From: a bacterium
GTDB taxonomy: Bacteria; Krumholzibacteriota; Krumholzibacteriia; LZORAL124-64-63
Direction of reading: 5' to 3'
Length of the DNA stretch: 24,328 nt
Assembly (NCBI GenBank): GCA_031441465.1
Contig: JANOEP010000021.1
Location: 1 to 24,328, forward strand
Made by a program: the position numbers and the translations under genes. Under the pieces are notes generated by a model that made no database searches, was not told the origin of the DNA, and saw only the letters and a program-made list of their open reading frames with translations. This document shows positions 7,866 to 16,811 of the stretch, piece after piece (position 1 is the first letter of the stretch; each line of letters starts with the position of its first letter).

Positions 7866-8605
7866 GGCAGCAACACCACCTTGCGCGACGGGGCGGCGCG
7901 GCCGTCGACCGTCAACCGCACGAGGTAGGCGCCGCCGGACACGCGGCGCCCGGCGTCGTCGCGGCCGTCCCAGGCGCGCACGTGGCGGCCCGCCGGGAGC
8001 GGCTCGTCGGCCAGCGTGCGGACCAGGCGGCCCGCCGCGTCGTGGATCGCGAGGCGGGCGCGGCCCGCGTCGCCGATCTCGAAAGCCAGGTCGGTCTGCG
8101 GGTTGAACGGGTTCGGCGCGGGCGCCGCCAGCTGCGGCGCGCGCAACGCGGGCGGCGCGCCGGTGCCGGGCAGCAGGATCCGGAAGTCGCCGGCCTCGGC
8201 GACGGTCTGGTTGCCGTAGATGTCGCGGGTGGTCACGCGCAGCCGGCAGGCCCCGCTGGCCGCCTCGGCCACGGGCCAGGTCCAAACGTGGTGGCCGTTG
8301 ACGAATTCCAGAGCGGTGCTCGCCAGCAGTTCGCCGCTGGCCAGGACGTCGGCCTGGTGGCCCTCGATCTGCAGGGCGGGCGAGTCGTCCTGCAGGTCCC
8401 AGATGAAGACGATCGAAGCGGGCGAAGAGAAGGTCGCGCCGCCGGTCGGCGCGGTCAGGCCGGTGATCACCGGCGGCACGGTATCGACGGCCACCGGGCC
8501 GCTCGTCGCCGCCCCGATCCCAGCCGCGGCGGGTCCCGCCGCCAGCAAGACCGTCAGTGTGTACCCAACCCAGGCGATCTTATCGCGAATTTCATCACGC
8601 ATCAT
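7862..8605 (-). CDS. Secreted Ig-like protein with C-terminal FlgD-Ig/T9SS-like domain, copy 2
   Basis: About 247 aa; start is 8605 or 8602, with 8623 also possible. Signal peptide GPAAA|G. Paralog of 5454-6209. Confidence 0.8.
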   Translation of the reverse strand: MMRDEIRDKIAWVGYTLTVLLAAGPAAAGIGAATSGPVAVDTVPPVITGLTAPTGGATFSSPASIVFIWDLQDDSPALQIEGHQADVLASGELLASTALEFVNGHHVWTWPVAEAASGACRLRVTTRDIYGNQTVAEAGDFRILLPGTGAPPALRAPQLAAPAPNPFNPQTDLAFEIGDAGRARLAIHDAAGRLVRTLADEPLPAGRHVRAWDGRDDAGRRVSGGAYLVRLTVDGRAAPSRKVVLLP

Positions 8606-8654
8606 GGGCTTGCCGACTTTCATCAGAGCCAACGAAGCCCCTCCAACTCCGTAC

Positions 8655-8684
8655 GCTTTATCATGGAATCGACCACCTTCGCAA
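8655..8684 (-). promoter_or_regulatory. Putative promoter of duplicated operon copy 2
   Basis: TTGCGA-N18-TAAAGC with TGn, positionally homologous to 6263-6292. The -10 is a weaker match. Confidence 0.4.
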
Positions 8685-8756
8685 CTTATTGAGCCAATCC
8701 CGACAAAATCGCCCATTAATGCGATTTTAAGGAGCTAGGCTACCCCGCCGCAGGGC

Positions 8757-8891
8757 AAAGCACGCGCGGTCCGCTTCCCGGGGCGCCTGAAGGGATCCGG
8801 CGCCAGGAGGGCGCCGGATCCCGAAAGCCGAGCGAGCCGGTGACAGGAAGTCACCGGCTCGCGCCCCCGGGAAACGGACCGCGCGTGCTTT
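8757..8891. other. Nested inverted-repeat element (three-way junction); may act as terminator/3' stabiliser of the S9 gene
   Basis: Outer ~30-bp arms 8757-8786 / 8861-8891. Inner perfect 13-bp hairpins 8792-8822 (loop AGGAG) and 8832-8862 (loop AGGAA). Confidence 0.85.
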
Positions 8892-11403
8892 AGTTTGGAT
8901 ACATGGAGTCCCACCAGCCTTCATCGCCGAGCAGTTCGCGCGCGAACCAGGCCAGGATCGTGTCGTTCCAGACGATCCGCCGGTCATGGTCCAGGATGTG
9001 GTGGTTCTGTCCCACCACCTGCACGTACTCGACTTCCTTGCCCAGCATCGTCAGGGCGATGTACATGCCATCGCTCTCGCCGGGCGGGACGTTGGTATCC
9101 TCGGCGCCGTGCAGCAGCAGCAGGGGGGTCGTGATGCGGTCGGCGTGGTAGAGGGGGCTCTGCTCCACGTACAGCTCGGGCGCGTTCCAGGGGAAGGAGT
9201 CGGCCAGCGCCCGCCCGCCATACGAGTAGCCCCAGTAGCCCTCGGCCCAGTAGCTGCTGAGGTTCGAGATGCCGGCGTGGCTGACCGCGGCGCGGAACAT
9301 GCCCGTCTGCTCGATGAGGTAGAGCGTCAGGAAACCGCCGTACGAGGCGCCGATGCAGCCCAGGCGCGCGCCGTCGGCGTCGGGGAAGGCGGCGAGGAAG
9401 GCCTTCGTCCCCTCGATCACCTCGCCCGCGGTGCGCCGGCCCCAGTCGTTGACGTGACGCGCGGCGAACTCCTGGCCGTAGCCGACGGCGCCGCTGGGGT
9501 TGGGCACGTAGACGAAGTAGCCCTGGCCGGTCCAGACGTTCTTCGGGTAGCGGGTCCCGAACTCGCGCGTGATCGGCGAGGTGCCACCGTAGTAGAAGAC
9601 GATCACCGGGTACTTGCGCCCCGGCACGTAGTCGCGCGGGTAGTAGACGAGCCCGTCCAGCAGCGTGCCGTCGGCCAGCGCCGAGGCGAAGGGTTCGACC
9701 CGGCCGAAGGTGACGTCGGCGAAGTGCTCGGCCCCGGGAGCCAGCAGCAGGCGGGCCTTGCCGTCGAGCGGGACCACGGTGACGCGTTGCGGCGTGACCG
9801 CCCCGGTGCCGGTGCAGACCACGACCTTGCCGCGCTCGGCGGCCTCCCAGTCGCCGACCACCTCCACGCCCGCGTCCAGCGCGCGCCACTCGCCGTCCCG
9901 CGTGCCCACCGCCAGGCGCACGTACTGCCCGTCGAGCACCTCGGCCACGATCCGCCCGTCGCGGTGCCAGACCGCACCCTGGACCACGGTGTCGAGATCG
10001 CGGGTCAGCGGGGTCGCCCGGCGGGCGCCGCGGTCGTAGAGGTAGAGCTGCCCGCCGTAGTCGTTGGGCGTCACGCCCGCGGGCAGCGTGTTGCCCAGGC
10101 CGTCGAAGGCCGAGGGGGAACCGGTCACCAGCAGCGTGTTGCGGTCGGGCCCGTAGGCGACGTTGTCGAGCCAGCGGTCCTCCAGCACGACGGCGACCGC
10201 CAGGTCCTTCAGGTTCAGCTCCGACCAGACCGCGCGGGCGTAGGGCCGCGCCAGGGGATCCGGCCAGGTGCGCGAGAACAGCAGGCAGGCGCCGTCGGGG
10301 CTGAACGACCAGCCCTCGGCGCTCACCGCGCCGGCGGTCAGGCGCCGCGACACGCCCCCGGGCCAGGTCGTCTCGACCAGGTAGCTGTGGTCGCGCCAGC
10401 CCGGCCAACGGTCCTCGATGGCGCGCAGGCGCTTGACCTGGCGCTTGTCGGCCTCGGACTCCACACCGTAGGCGTGCACGAGCGAGCGGCCGTCGGGGTT
10501 CCAGGCGTAGGACTGGAAATGTTCGACGTCGCGCAGGGCGGGCCGCGTCACGCCCGTCGCGAGTTCGTGGACCCATAGCGTCGACTTGCCGTCGTTCTCG
10601 CTCACGTAGGAGAAGGCCTTGCCGTCGGGCAGCCACGCCAGCTGGGCGGCCGTGAGCGCGCCGCGCCAGCTGAACGCCGGCGAACCGTCCTTCACGCGGC
10701 GCACCTCCAGCCAGCTCTCGCGCGTCCCGTCGGGCGAGTAGGCGCCCAGCGACAGCGCGACCAGTTCGCCGTCGGGTGAGACGGCCATCGCGGACACCTT
10801 CGGGGTGTCGAGTTCGTCGCGGATGTCGGTCGGCCGGGTCGGGATCAGCGTCGTGGTGAACGTCGGCGACGGCTCGCCGGTCGTCACGGCCAGCAGGGCC
10901 CCGAGCGTCCAGGGCTCGGCCACGGCGGGGTCGCGCAGCGTGCGCACGGCCAGCCGTCGCAGGCCGGGTTCGAGCTTCAGGTCCGCGTTGCGCGTGCCGC
11001 CCTTCTCGACCAGGGCGACGGGTTGGCCGTCGAGCCAGACCTTCACCGGATGCTTGCAGGTCAGCTCGAGGGTCGGGGCAGTCCAGCGGGTCGCCTCGAT
11101 GTAGGTGAACAGCCAGGCCTCGGCGGCGCCCTCCGCCGCCAGCGCGATGCCGTCCGCCGTCGCGGCCCGTCGCCGCCAATCGGCGTCCTCGCGCGGCCGC
11201 AGCCGGGCGACATCGCGGGCGGGGAAGTCGAGCAGGTCGGCCAGGGCGACCTTGCCGGGCTCCTCGTCGTGGAAGGCGGGCAGGGCGACCGGCGCGGGGC
11301 CCGACACGAGCCAGGCGTCCACGGGGACGGTCAGGCGCTCGGCGGCGGCGGCCGACGAGGCGGTGAACAGGACGGCCAGCAGCAGGCGGACGGCGGACTT
11401 CAT
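8890..11403 (-). CDS. Secreted S9-family (prolyl oligopeptidase/acylaminoacyl peptidase) serine peptidase
   Basis: 837 aa from ATG 11403 (GGAGG upstream). Signal peptide; beta-propeller repeats (SPDG, WLPDG, WNPDG, FSPDG); triad GASYGG / HGAEDTNV / GQNHH. Confidence 0.93.
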   Translation of the reverse strand: MKSAVRLLLAVLFTASSAAAAERLTVPVDAWLVSGPAPVALPAFHDEEPGKVALADLLDFPARDVARLRPREDADWRRRAATADGIALAAEGAAEAWLFTYIEATRWTAPTLELTCKHPVKVWLDGQPVALVEKGGTRNADLKLEPGLRRLAVRTLRDPAVAEPWTLGALLAVTTGEPSPTFTTTLIPTRPTDIRDELDTPKVSAMAVSPDGELVALSLGAYSPDGTRESWLEVRRVKDGSPAFSWRGALTAAQLAWLPDGKAFSYVSENDGKSTLWVHELATGVTRPALRDVEHFQSYAWNPDGRSLVHAYGVESEADKRQVKRLRAIEDRWPGWRDHSYLVETTWPGGVSRRLTAGAVSAEGWSFSPDGACLLFSRTWPDPLARPYARAVWSELNLKDLAVAVVLEDRWLDNVAYGPDRNTLLVTGSPSAFDGLGNTLPAGVTPNDYGGQLYLYDRGARRATPLTRDLDTVVQGAVWHRDGRIVAEVLDGQYVRLAVGTRDGEWRALDAGVEVVGDWEAAERGKVVVCTGTGAVTPQRVTVVPLDGKARLLLAPGAEHFADVTFGRVEPFASALADGTLLDGLVYYPRDYVPGRKYPVIVFYYGGTSPITREFGTRYPKNVWTGQGYFVYVPNPSGAVGYGQEFAARHVNDWGRRTAGEVIEGTKAFLAAFPDADGARLGCIGASYGGFLTLYLIEQTGMFRAAVSHAGISNLSSYWAEGYWGYSYGGRALADSFPWNAPELYVEQSPLYHADRITTPLLLLHGAEDTNVPPGESDGMYIALTMLGKEVEYVQVVGQNHHILDHDRRIVWNDTILAWFARELLGDEGWWDSMYPN

Positions 11404-11445
11404 GGATCCTCCCGGAGAGGCGGGTGGGGGTGCGGGGCCTCGGGA

Positions 11446-11507
11446 ATCCTGCCACGGCTCGCCCCGGCGCTCAACCCATTGCTTTTTCGGCACGGCGACC
11501 GCATTCT
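11446..11507. promoter_or_regulatory. Back-to-back putative sigma70 promoters for S9 (-) and YihY (+)
   Basis: Minus strand TTGAGC-N17-CAGGAT (11474-11446). Plus strand TTGCTT-N17-CATTCT (11479-11507), 9 nt before the YihY ATG. Confidence 0.45.
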
Positions 11508-11516
11508 ACATCCGCC

Positions 11517-12407
11517 ATGAAGTACAAACGCGCCCTGAAAAGATCCTGCCTGTTCCTGCGGCGCCTGCAGCGGGAGATCGGCTACGACGACTGCATGGGG
11601 ATGGCGGCGCAGATCGCCTACTACATGATGCTGGCCCTGTTCCCTTTCATCCTGTTCCTGCTGAGCCTGATCAGCTACCTGCCGATGCTGCAGCCGGACC
11701 TGGTGCTGAGCGTCCTGAGCGAGGCGTTGCCCGGGGATACCTACGAGCTGGTGGCCGAGACGGTGCGCTCGCTGCTGGTCCAGCGCGGCGGCGGCCTGCT
11801 GGGCATCGGCCTGCTGGCCGCGCTGTGGTCGGGCTCGATGGGCGTGGGCGCCCTGATCACGACGATCAACCGGGCCTACAACATCCACCCCAAGCGCAAC
11901 CTGGTGCACCAGAAGATCCTGTCCATCGTGCTGACGCTGGCGCTCAGCGGTTTCGTCATCATCTCCACGGCGCTGGTGCTGCTGGGGCCGGACCTCACGC
12001 ACGAGTTCTTCCGCATGCTGGGCCTGGCCGGCGACAGCCAGGGCTTCTGGCTGACCCTGCGCCTGCCGCTGGTGCTGCTGCTGAACCTGCTGGCCCTGTC
12101 GATCCTCTACCACTTCGCGCCCGAGGCGAAGCAGCGCTACGTCTGGGTGCTGCCCGGCACGGTGACGGCCACCGTCCTGTGGTTCGGCGCTTCGTCGCTG
12201 TTCCGGCTGTTCCTGCGCAACTTCAGCTCCTACAACCTGACCTACGGTTCGATCGCCACGGTCATCGTCCTGATGGTCTGGCTGTGGGTGTCGGGCTTCA
12301 TCTTCCTGCTCGGCGCCGAGATCAACTCCCTGATGCGCCGGGTCGACCACTACGAGGACGTGCCGCGCCGGCGCGGCCGGATCCGCTGGCGCGTGCACCG
12401 CCATTGA
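11517..12407 (+). CDS. YihY/virulence factor BrkB family membrane protein
   Basis: 296 aa. AAQIAYYMMLALFPF, INRAYN, LYHFAP, YNLTYGSIATVIVLMVWLW...LLGAEIN. Confidence 0.92.
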   Translation: MKYKRALKRSCLFLRRLQREIGYDDCMGMAAQIAYYMMLALFPFILFLLSLISYLPMLQPDLVLSVLSEALPGDTYELVAETVRSLLVQRGGGLLGIGLLAALWSGSMGVGALITTINRAYNIHPKRNLVHQKILSIVLTLALSGFVIISTALVLLGPDLTHEFFRMLGLAGDSQGFWLTLRLPLVLLLNLLALSILYHFAPEAKQRYVWVLPGTVTATVLWFGASSLFRLFLRNFSSYNLTYGSIATVIVLMVWLWVSGFIFLLGAEINSLMRRVDHYEDVPRRRGRIRWRVHRH

Positions 12408-12426
12408 AACTACTCCGGAGGAGCCC

Positions 12427-12837
12427 ATGCCGCAGCACACCGTGACCTGGGAGGGCGGCCGCCGCTTCACGGGCCGCACCGCCGACGGCCGCGAGAGCCG
12501 CTTCGACGTCCCGGTCGAGATGGGCGGCGACGGCACGGCCCCCTCGCCGATGGACGCCGTCCTGCACGCGCTGGCCGCCTGCTCGGCCGTCGACGTGGTC
12601 GCCATCCTGGAGAAGATGCGCTGCCCGCCGGACACCCTGCGCGTGGAGATCGGCGCCGAGCGGGCGGCCGACCACCCGAAGGTCTACACGGCGATCGACC
12701 TGCTGTTCGTGGTGTCCGGCGAGGTGCCGGAAAAGAAGCTCGCGCGCGCCATCGACCTGTCGGCGGGGACGTTCTGCTCGGTGGGGGCGATGCTGGCCGG
12801 AACCGCGCAGATCACCCATCGCTTCGAACTGCGTTGA
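12427..12837 (+). CDS. OsmC/YhfA-family protein
   Basis: 136 aa; GGAGGAG RBS. PSPMDAVLHALAACSAVDVVAILEKMR, HPKVYTAI, FCSVGAML (two conserved Cys). Confidence 0.9.
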   Translation: MPQHTVTWEGGRRFTGRTADGRESRFDVPVEMGGDGTAPSPMDAVLHALAACSAVDVVAILEKMRCPPDTLRVEIGAERAADHPKVYTAIDLLFVVSGEVPEKKLARAIDLSAGTFCSVGAMLAGTAQITHRFELR

Positions 12838-12867
12838 ACGCGCCAACCCTCGTCCAAGGAGCCGGAC

Positions 12868-13545
12868 ATGCATGAATTCCTCTCGTTCCACCCCTGGCGC
12901 CCCCACCCCTGGCACGGCCTGTCGGCCGGCCCGCAGCCGCCCGAGCTGGTGCATGCCTACATCGAGATCACGCCGTTCGACGTGATCAAGTACGAGGTGG
13001 ACAAGACGACGGGCTACATGCGGGCCGACCGCCCCCAGCGCTCGTCGGCGCAGCCGCCGGCCCTCTACGGCTTCGTGCCCCGGACCTACTGCGGCCCGCG
13101 CGTCAGCGCCCTCTGCCCCAAGGCCTCGGTGGGCGACGGCGACCCGCTGGACATCTGCGTGCTGAGCGAGCGGCCGATCGCGCGCGCCGAGGTCGTGCTG
13201 AGCGTCAGGGTGATCGGCGGCTTCCAGATGATCGACAACGGCGAGGCCGACGACAAGATCGTGGGCATCCTGCACAACGACCTGATGTGGGACCGCGTCC
13301 ACGACATCCGGCAGGCGCCCGCCGCGCTCATCGAGCGCCTCGAGCACTACTTCACCACCTACAAGCTCGTGCCCGGCCACAAGGCGAAGCAGTCGATCGC
13401 CAAGACCTACGGCGCCGTCCACGCCCGCAAGGTCGTCAGCGCCGCGATCCGCGACTACGACGAGACCTTTGCGAAGTTGTCGGGCACGGGCAGCGAACAG
13501 CCCCGCCCGCCTGCGCCCCCGGCCCGCAAGCCCCGCCGCCGCTGA
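12868..13545 (+). CDS. ppa: Family I soluble inorganic pyrophosphatase
   Basis: 225 aa; [51 protein letters not shown]. Confidence 0.93.
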   Translation: MHEFLSFHPWRPHPWHGLSAGPQPPELVHAYIEITPFDVIKYEVDKTTGYMRADRPQRSSAQPPALYGFVPRTYCGPRVSALCPKASVGDGDPLDICVLSERPIARAEVVLSVRVIGGFQMIDNGEADDKIVGILHNDLMWDRVHDIRQAPAALIERLEHYFTTYKLVPGHKAKQSIAKTYGAVHARKVVSAAIRDYDETFAKLSGTGSEQPRPPAPPARKPRRR

Positions 13546-13588
13546 ACCGGCGGCGCCCGCCGCCGCGCGACGAAACGCGCCCCCCCCA

Positions 13589-13617
13589 TTGCCCCGTGCT
13601 CCGGGATGGGGTACAGT
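13589..13617 (+). promoter_or_regulatory. Putative sigma70 promoter of the S8 protease
   Basis: TTGCCC-N17-TACAGT about 60 nt upstream of ATG 13677, which has a GAGGAG RBS. Confidence 0.55.
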
Positions 13618-13676
13618 GAGACATACCCCGCACCGAATGCCCCCGAGCCTGATACATCAGCCCGAGGAGACTCAAC

Positions 13677-16600
13677 ATGCCGCGTCGTATAATGTTGTTA
13701 TCACTGGCGTTAGCCGCGACAGCCCTGCTGGCGGGCCTCCCGGCGGCCGCCCTGGACGTCGATCCCGGCCTGCAGGCGGCCCTGGCCGCCAAGGCCGACG
13801 GCGGCACGGTGCCGGTCCTGGTGCTGCTCCCGGGCGGCGCCGACCTGGAATCCCTCGCCCCGTCGCTGGAGGGTCTGACACCCTCGGCCCGGCGCGCCGC
13901 GGTCATCGCCGCGCTGCGCGACCACGCCGCGACGGCGGAGGCGCCCGTGCGCGCGGCGCTGCGCGCGGCGGCGACCGCGGGGCGCGTCGAGAAGGTGCGC
14001 TCGCTCTACGTGGCCAACGCCCTGATCTTCGAGGCCGACGCCGCCGCGGTGGCCGTCCTGGCCGCCGACAAGGCCGCCGGCGAAATGCGCCACGACCGCA
14101 ACTACGACCTGCTCTCGTCCGTCATGGATTCCCGCACACCCGTCGCGCCGGCGCCGGAAGCGGCCGGCGAGAGCCCCCTGCTGGCGAACGTCTGGAGCAT
14201 CGGCTGGATCAACGCCGACGACGCGTGGGCCCTGGGCTACCACGGCGACGGCATCGTCGTCGGCCACATCGATTCGGGCGTCTGGCTGACCCATCCGGAC
14301 ATCGCGAACCGCCTGTGGACCAACCCCGGCGAGGTCGCCGGCAACAGCCTCGACGACGACAACAACGGCTACGTCGACGACGTCCACGGCTACGACTTCG
14401 GCGATCTCGACGGCAACCCCAACGACGACTCCGCCAGCCCCGGCCACGGCACGCACACCGCGGGCACCGTCGCCGGCGACGGCACCGGCGGCACCTCCAC
14501 CGGCGTTGCGCCGGGCGCGCAGATCATGGCCTGCAAGGCGTTCGACAGCACGGGCGCCGGCAGCCTCGGCATGATCTGGCAGGCCTACCAGTACATCCTG
14601 GTGAACGGGGCACGGGTGATCACCATGTCGCTGGGCGTCCCCGGCGTCCTGGACGCGTCGCTGATGCGCTCCGAGCGCGTGGCTTGCAACACCATGCGTA
14701 CGGCCGGCATCACCATCTTCAACTCCTCGGGCAACGACCACGGCGGGGTCAACCCGCCGCCGAACGAGTGCGGGCTGACCGCGCGCGTCCCGGCCCCCTG
14801 GAACGCCATCGACGGCACGCGCTACTCCTCGACCGGTGGCGTCATGGCCGTCGGCGGTACCGGCTACAACAGCAACAGCGGTTACACCGCGTCGTCGCGC
14901 GGTCCCGCGAAGTGGGACAACGTCGACCCCTGGAACGACTGGCCGTACAACCCCGGCGTCGGGCTGCTGAAGCCGGACGTCTCGGCCCCGGCGGTCAACG
15001 TGAACTCGCTGGTGGCCCCGAGCGGCTACTCCGGCAACTCCTGGAGCGGCACCTCGATGGCCTGCCCGCACGCGGCCGGCGTCGCGGCGCTCATGCTGCA
15101 GAAGAACCCGACCCTGTCGCCGGCCGGCGTCGATTCGATCATGGAACTGTCGTCGCTGGATCTCGGCACCATCGGCAAGGACAACCAGTTCGGCTCCGGC
15201 CGCATCGACGCGCTGGCGGCCGTCAACCTGGTCCCGGCGACCCAGGCGCCCCAGCTGTCGTGGAGTTCCTTCGCGATCCTGGACGCGACCGACGACGGCG
15301 TCATCGACCCGGGCGAGGCGTTCGACGTCGTCTTCACCCTGGCGAACACCAGCTCGCTGGTCACGGCCACGTCCGTCGCCGCCGGCCTGGCCGTCGTCGC
15401 CGGCGGGCCGACCACGGTCACCGACGGCGCCGCCGTCTTCGGCACGATCGCGATGAACGGCGGGACGGCCGACAACACCGCCGACCACTTCTCCCTCGTG
15501 GCCGACCCCGGCGCGATCCAGGGCGCGGTCTTCACCATGCTGATGACGGTCACGGCCCAGGACGGCTACGAGGTGACCTTCGACGCGGAGTTCTTCGTCG
15601 GCCTGCCCGAGTGGCGGACCCACGACGTCGGCCACGTCCTGGCCACGGTGACCGACACCGGCTCGCTCGGCTTCACCTCCTCCGACCAGGCCGCGGGAGC
15701 CGGCTTCGGCCCCGCCGGCGCCAACGGGCTGTACGTCGGCTCGTTCTGGGGCGGCGCCAGCGTGAGCTACGTCTGCAACCACGACTACGCCGAGGGCGGC
15801 AACGTCTACGACTGGCGGACCGTCACCGATCCCAACGGGCGCATGACGGACCTGGGCACCGCGATCTCCGATCAGCAGTACCAGGGCATCTACAAGGACT
15901 CCGGCAACATCTCGCCGCGCAACGTCACGGTGACGCAGGAGAGCTTCGCCTTCGCCGACGCGCCCAACGACGACTTCGTCATCCTGCGCTACACGGTGCG
16001 CAACGACGCGGCGACGACGCTCAGCGGCTACTACACCGGCATCTTCTGCGACTTCGACATCGACGACTCGTCGCTGAACCGCGGCGCCGTCGACGCCACG
16101 CGCCGCCTCACCTACATGTACCCCGACGCCGGCGGCGCGTACTTCGGCATCGCCCTGCGCGAGCCGACCACGGCCAAGAACCTGACGCTGATCTCCAACC
16201 CCTCGCACGTCTACCCCAACGGCTATATCAGCGACACCAGCAAGTTCCGCATGCTGAACGCGACGATCTCGACGCCGACGACCGCGACGGCCAACGACTG
16301 GTCGGCCCTGACGTCGGCCGGACCGGTGACCCTCGCGCCCGGCGCAGAGGCCGTCTACCTCTACGCGCTGGTATGGGGCGAGAACCTGGCCGACCTGCAG
16401 GCCAACACGGACGCGGCCCTGACCGTCGACCTCACCGCGCCCACGCCGGTGGCGGACGCGGGCCTGCCGCGCTCGCTCGCCCTGTCCCAGAACGCGCCCA
16501 ACCCCTTCAACCCGCAGACGACGATCGTCTTCGCCGTCGACCGCGCGACCGGTGTGCGGCTGGGCGTGTACGACCTCCAGGGTCGCCTGGTGCGGACCCT

Positions 16601-16748
16601 GGCCGAGCGTGTCTACGCCCCGGGCGAGCACAGTGTCGTCTGGGACGGCCGCGACGATGCCGGCTCGGAGATGCCCTCGGGCCTCTACCTGTACCGGCTC
16701 GAGGACGGCCGGCGCACCCAGACCCGCAAGATGGTGCTCGTGCGGTAA
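13677..16748 (+). CDS. Secreted S8 (subtilisin-like) protease with C-terminal FlgD-Ig/T9SS-like domain
   Basis: 1023 aa. Signal peptide and propeptide; triad GHIDSG / HGTHTAGT / GTSMACPH; oxyanion SGN; CTD QNAPNPFNPQT...WDGRDDAG...SGLYLYRL...RKMVLVR. Confidence 0.95.
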   Translation: MPRRIMLLSLALAATALLAGLPAAALDVDPGLQAALAAKADGGTVPVLVLLPGGADLESLAPSLEGLTPSARRAAVIAALRDHAATAEAPVRAALRAAATAGRVEKVRSLYVANALIFEADAAAVAVLAADKAAGEMRHDRNYDLLSSVMDSRTPVAPAPEAAGESPLLANVWSIGWINADDAWALGYHGDGIVVGHIDSGVWLTHPDIANRLWTNPGEVAGNSLDDDNNGYVDDVHGYDFGDLDGNPNDDSASPGHGTHTAGTVAGDGTGGTSTGVAPGAQIMACKAFDSTGAGSLGMIWQAYQYILVNGARVITMSLGVPGVLDASLMRSERVACNTMRTAGITIFNSSGNDHGGVNPPPNECGLTARVPAPWNAIDGTRYSSTGGVMAVGGTGYNSNSGYTASSRGPAKWDNVDPWNDWPYNPGVGLLKPDVSAPAVNVNSLVAPSGYSGNSWSGTSMACPHAAGVAALMLQKNPTLSPAGVDSIMELSSLDLGTIGKDNQFGSGRIDALAAVNLVPATQAPQLSWSSFAILDATDDGVIDPGEAFDVVFTLANTSSLVTATSVAAGLAVVAGGPTTVTDGAAVFGTIAMNGGTADNTADHFSLVADPGAIQGAVFTMLMTVTAQDGYEVTFDAEFFVGLPEWRTHDVGHVLATVTDTGSLGFTSSDQAAGAGFGPAGANGLYVGSFWGGASVSYVCNHDYAEGGNVYDWRTVTDPNGRMTDLGTAISDQQYQGIYKDSGNISPRNVTVTQESFAFADAPNDDFVILRYTVRNDAATTLSGYYTGIFCDFDIDDSSLNRGAVDATRRLTYMYPDAGGAYFGIALREPTTAKNLTLISNPSHVYPNGYISDTSKFRMLNATISTPTTATANDWSALTSAGPVTLAPGAEAVYLYALVWGENLADLQANTDAALTVDLTAPTPVADAGLPRSLALSQNAPNPFNPQTTIVFAVDRATGVRLGVYDLQGRLVRTLAERVYAPGEHSVVWDGRDDAGSEMPSGLYLYRLEDGRRTQTRKMVLVR

Positions 16749-16770
16749 GGCCATCTGTCCCTGGTCCGAC

Positions 16771-16809
16771 GCGACGGCCCTCTTTCCGACCGGGAAGGAG
16801 GGCCGTCGC
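16771..16809 (+). terminator. Putative terminator hairpin after the S8 gene
   Basis: GCGACGGCCCTC(TTTCC)...(GGAAG)GAGGGCCGTCGC: a 12-bp perfect outer stem. U-tract is poor. Confidence 0.6.
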
Positions 16810-16811
16810 CG

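Larger units (their letters stand above)
3937..8735 (-). repeat. Diverged direct tandem duplication of a ~2.4-kb two-gene unit (about 3937-6340 and 6348-8735)
   Basis: Both genes, their GTGA overlap and the upstream non-coding DNA align (tatcatgtaatcggc / tatcatggaatcgac; gcaactcctgaagccgattcccggcaagg / gcaacttattgagccaatcccgacaaaa). Confidence 0.95.

Noticed and set aside
6348..8285. 645-aa ORF (and the 542-aa ORF 3937-5565) implying long N-terminal extensions or frameshift fusion with the upstream gene
   Set aside because: The extensions are off-frame reads of the anchor genes. Each cargo has its own GTG in a GTGA overlap followed by a clear signal peptide.
13548..13580. Small GC hairpins after ppa as a terminator
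   Set aside because: Short stems in very GC-rich DNA with no U-tract; could arise by chance.
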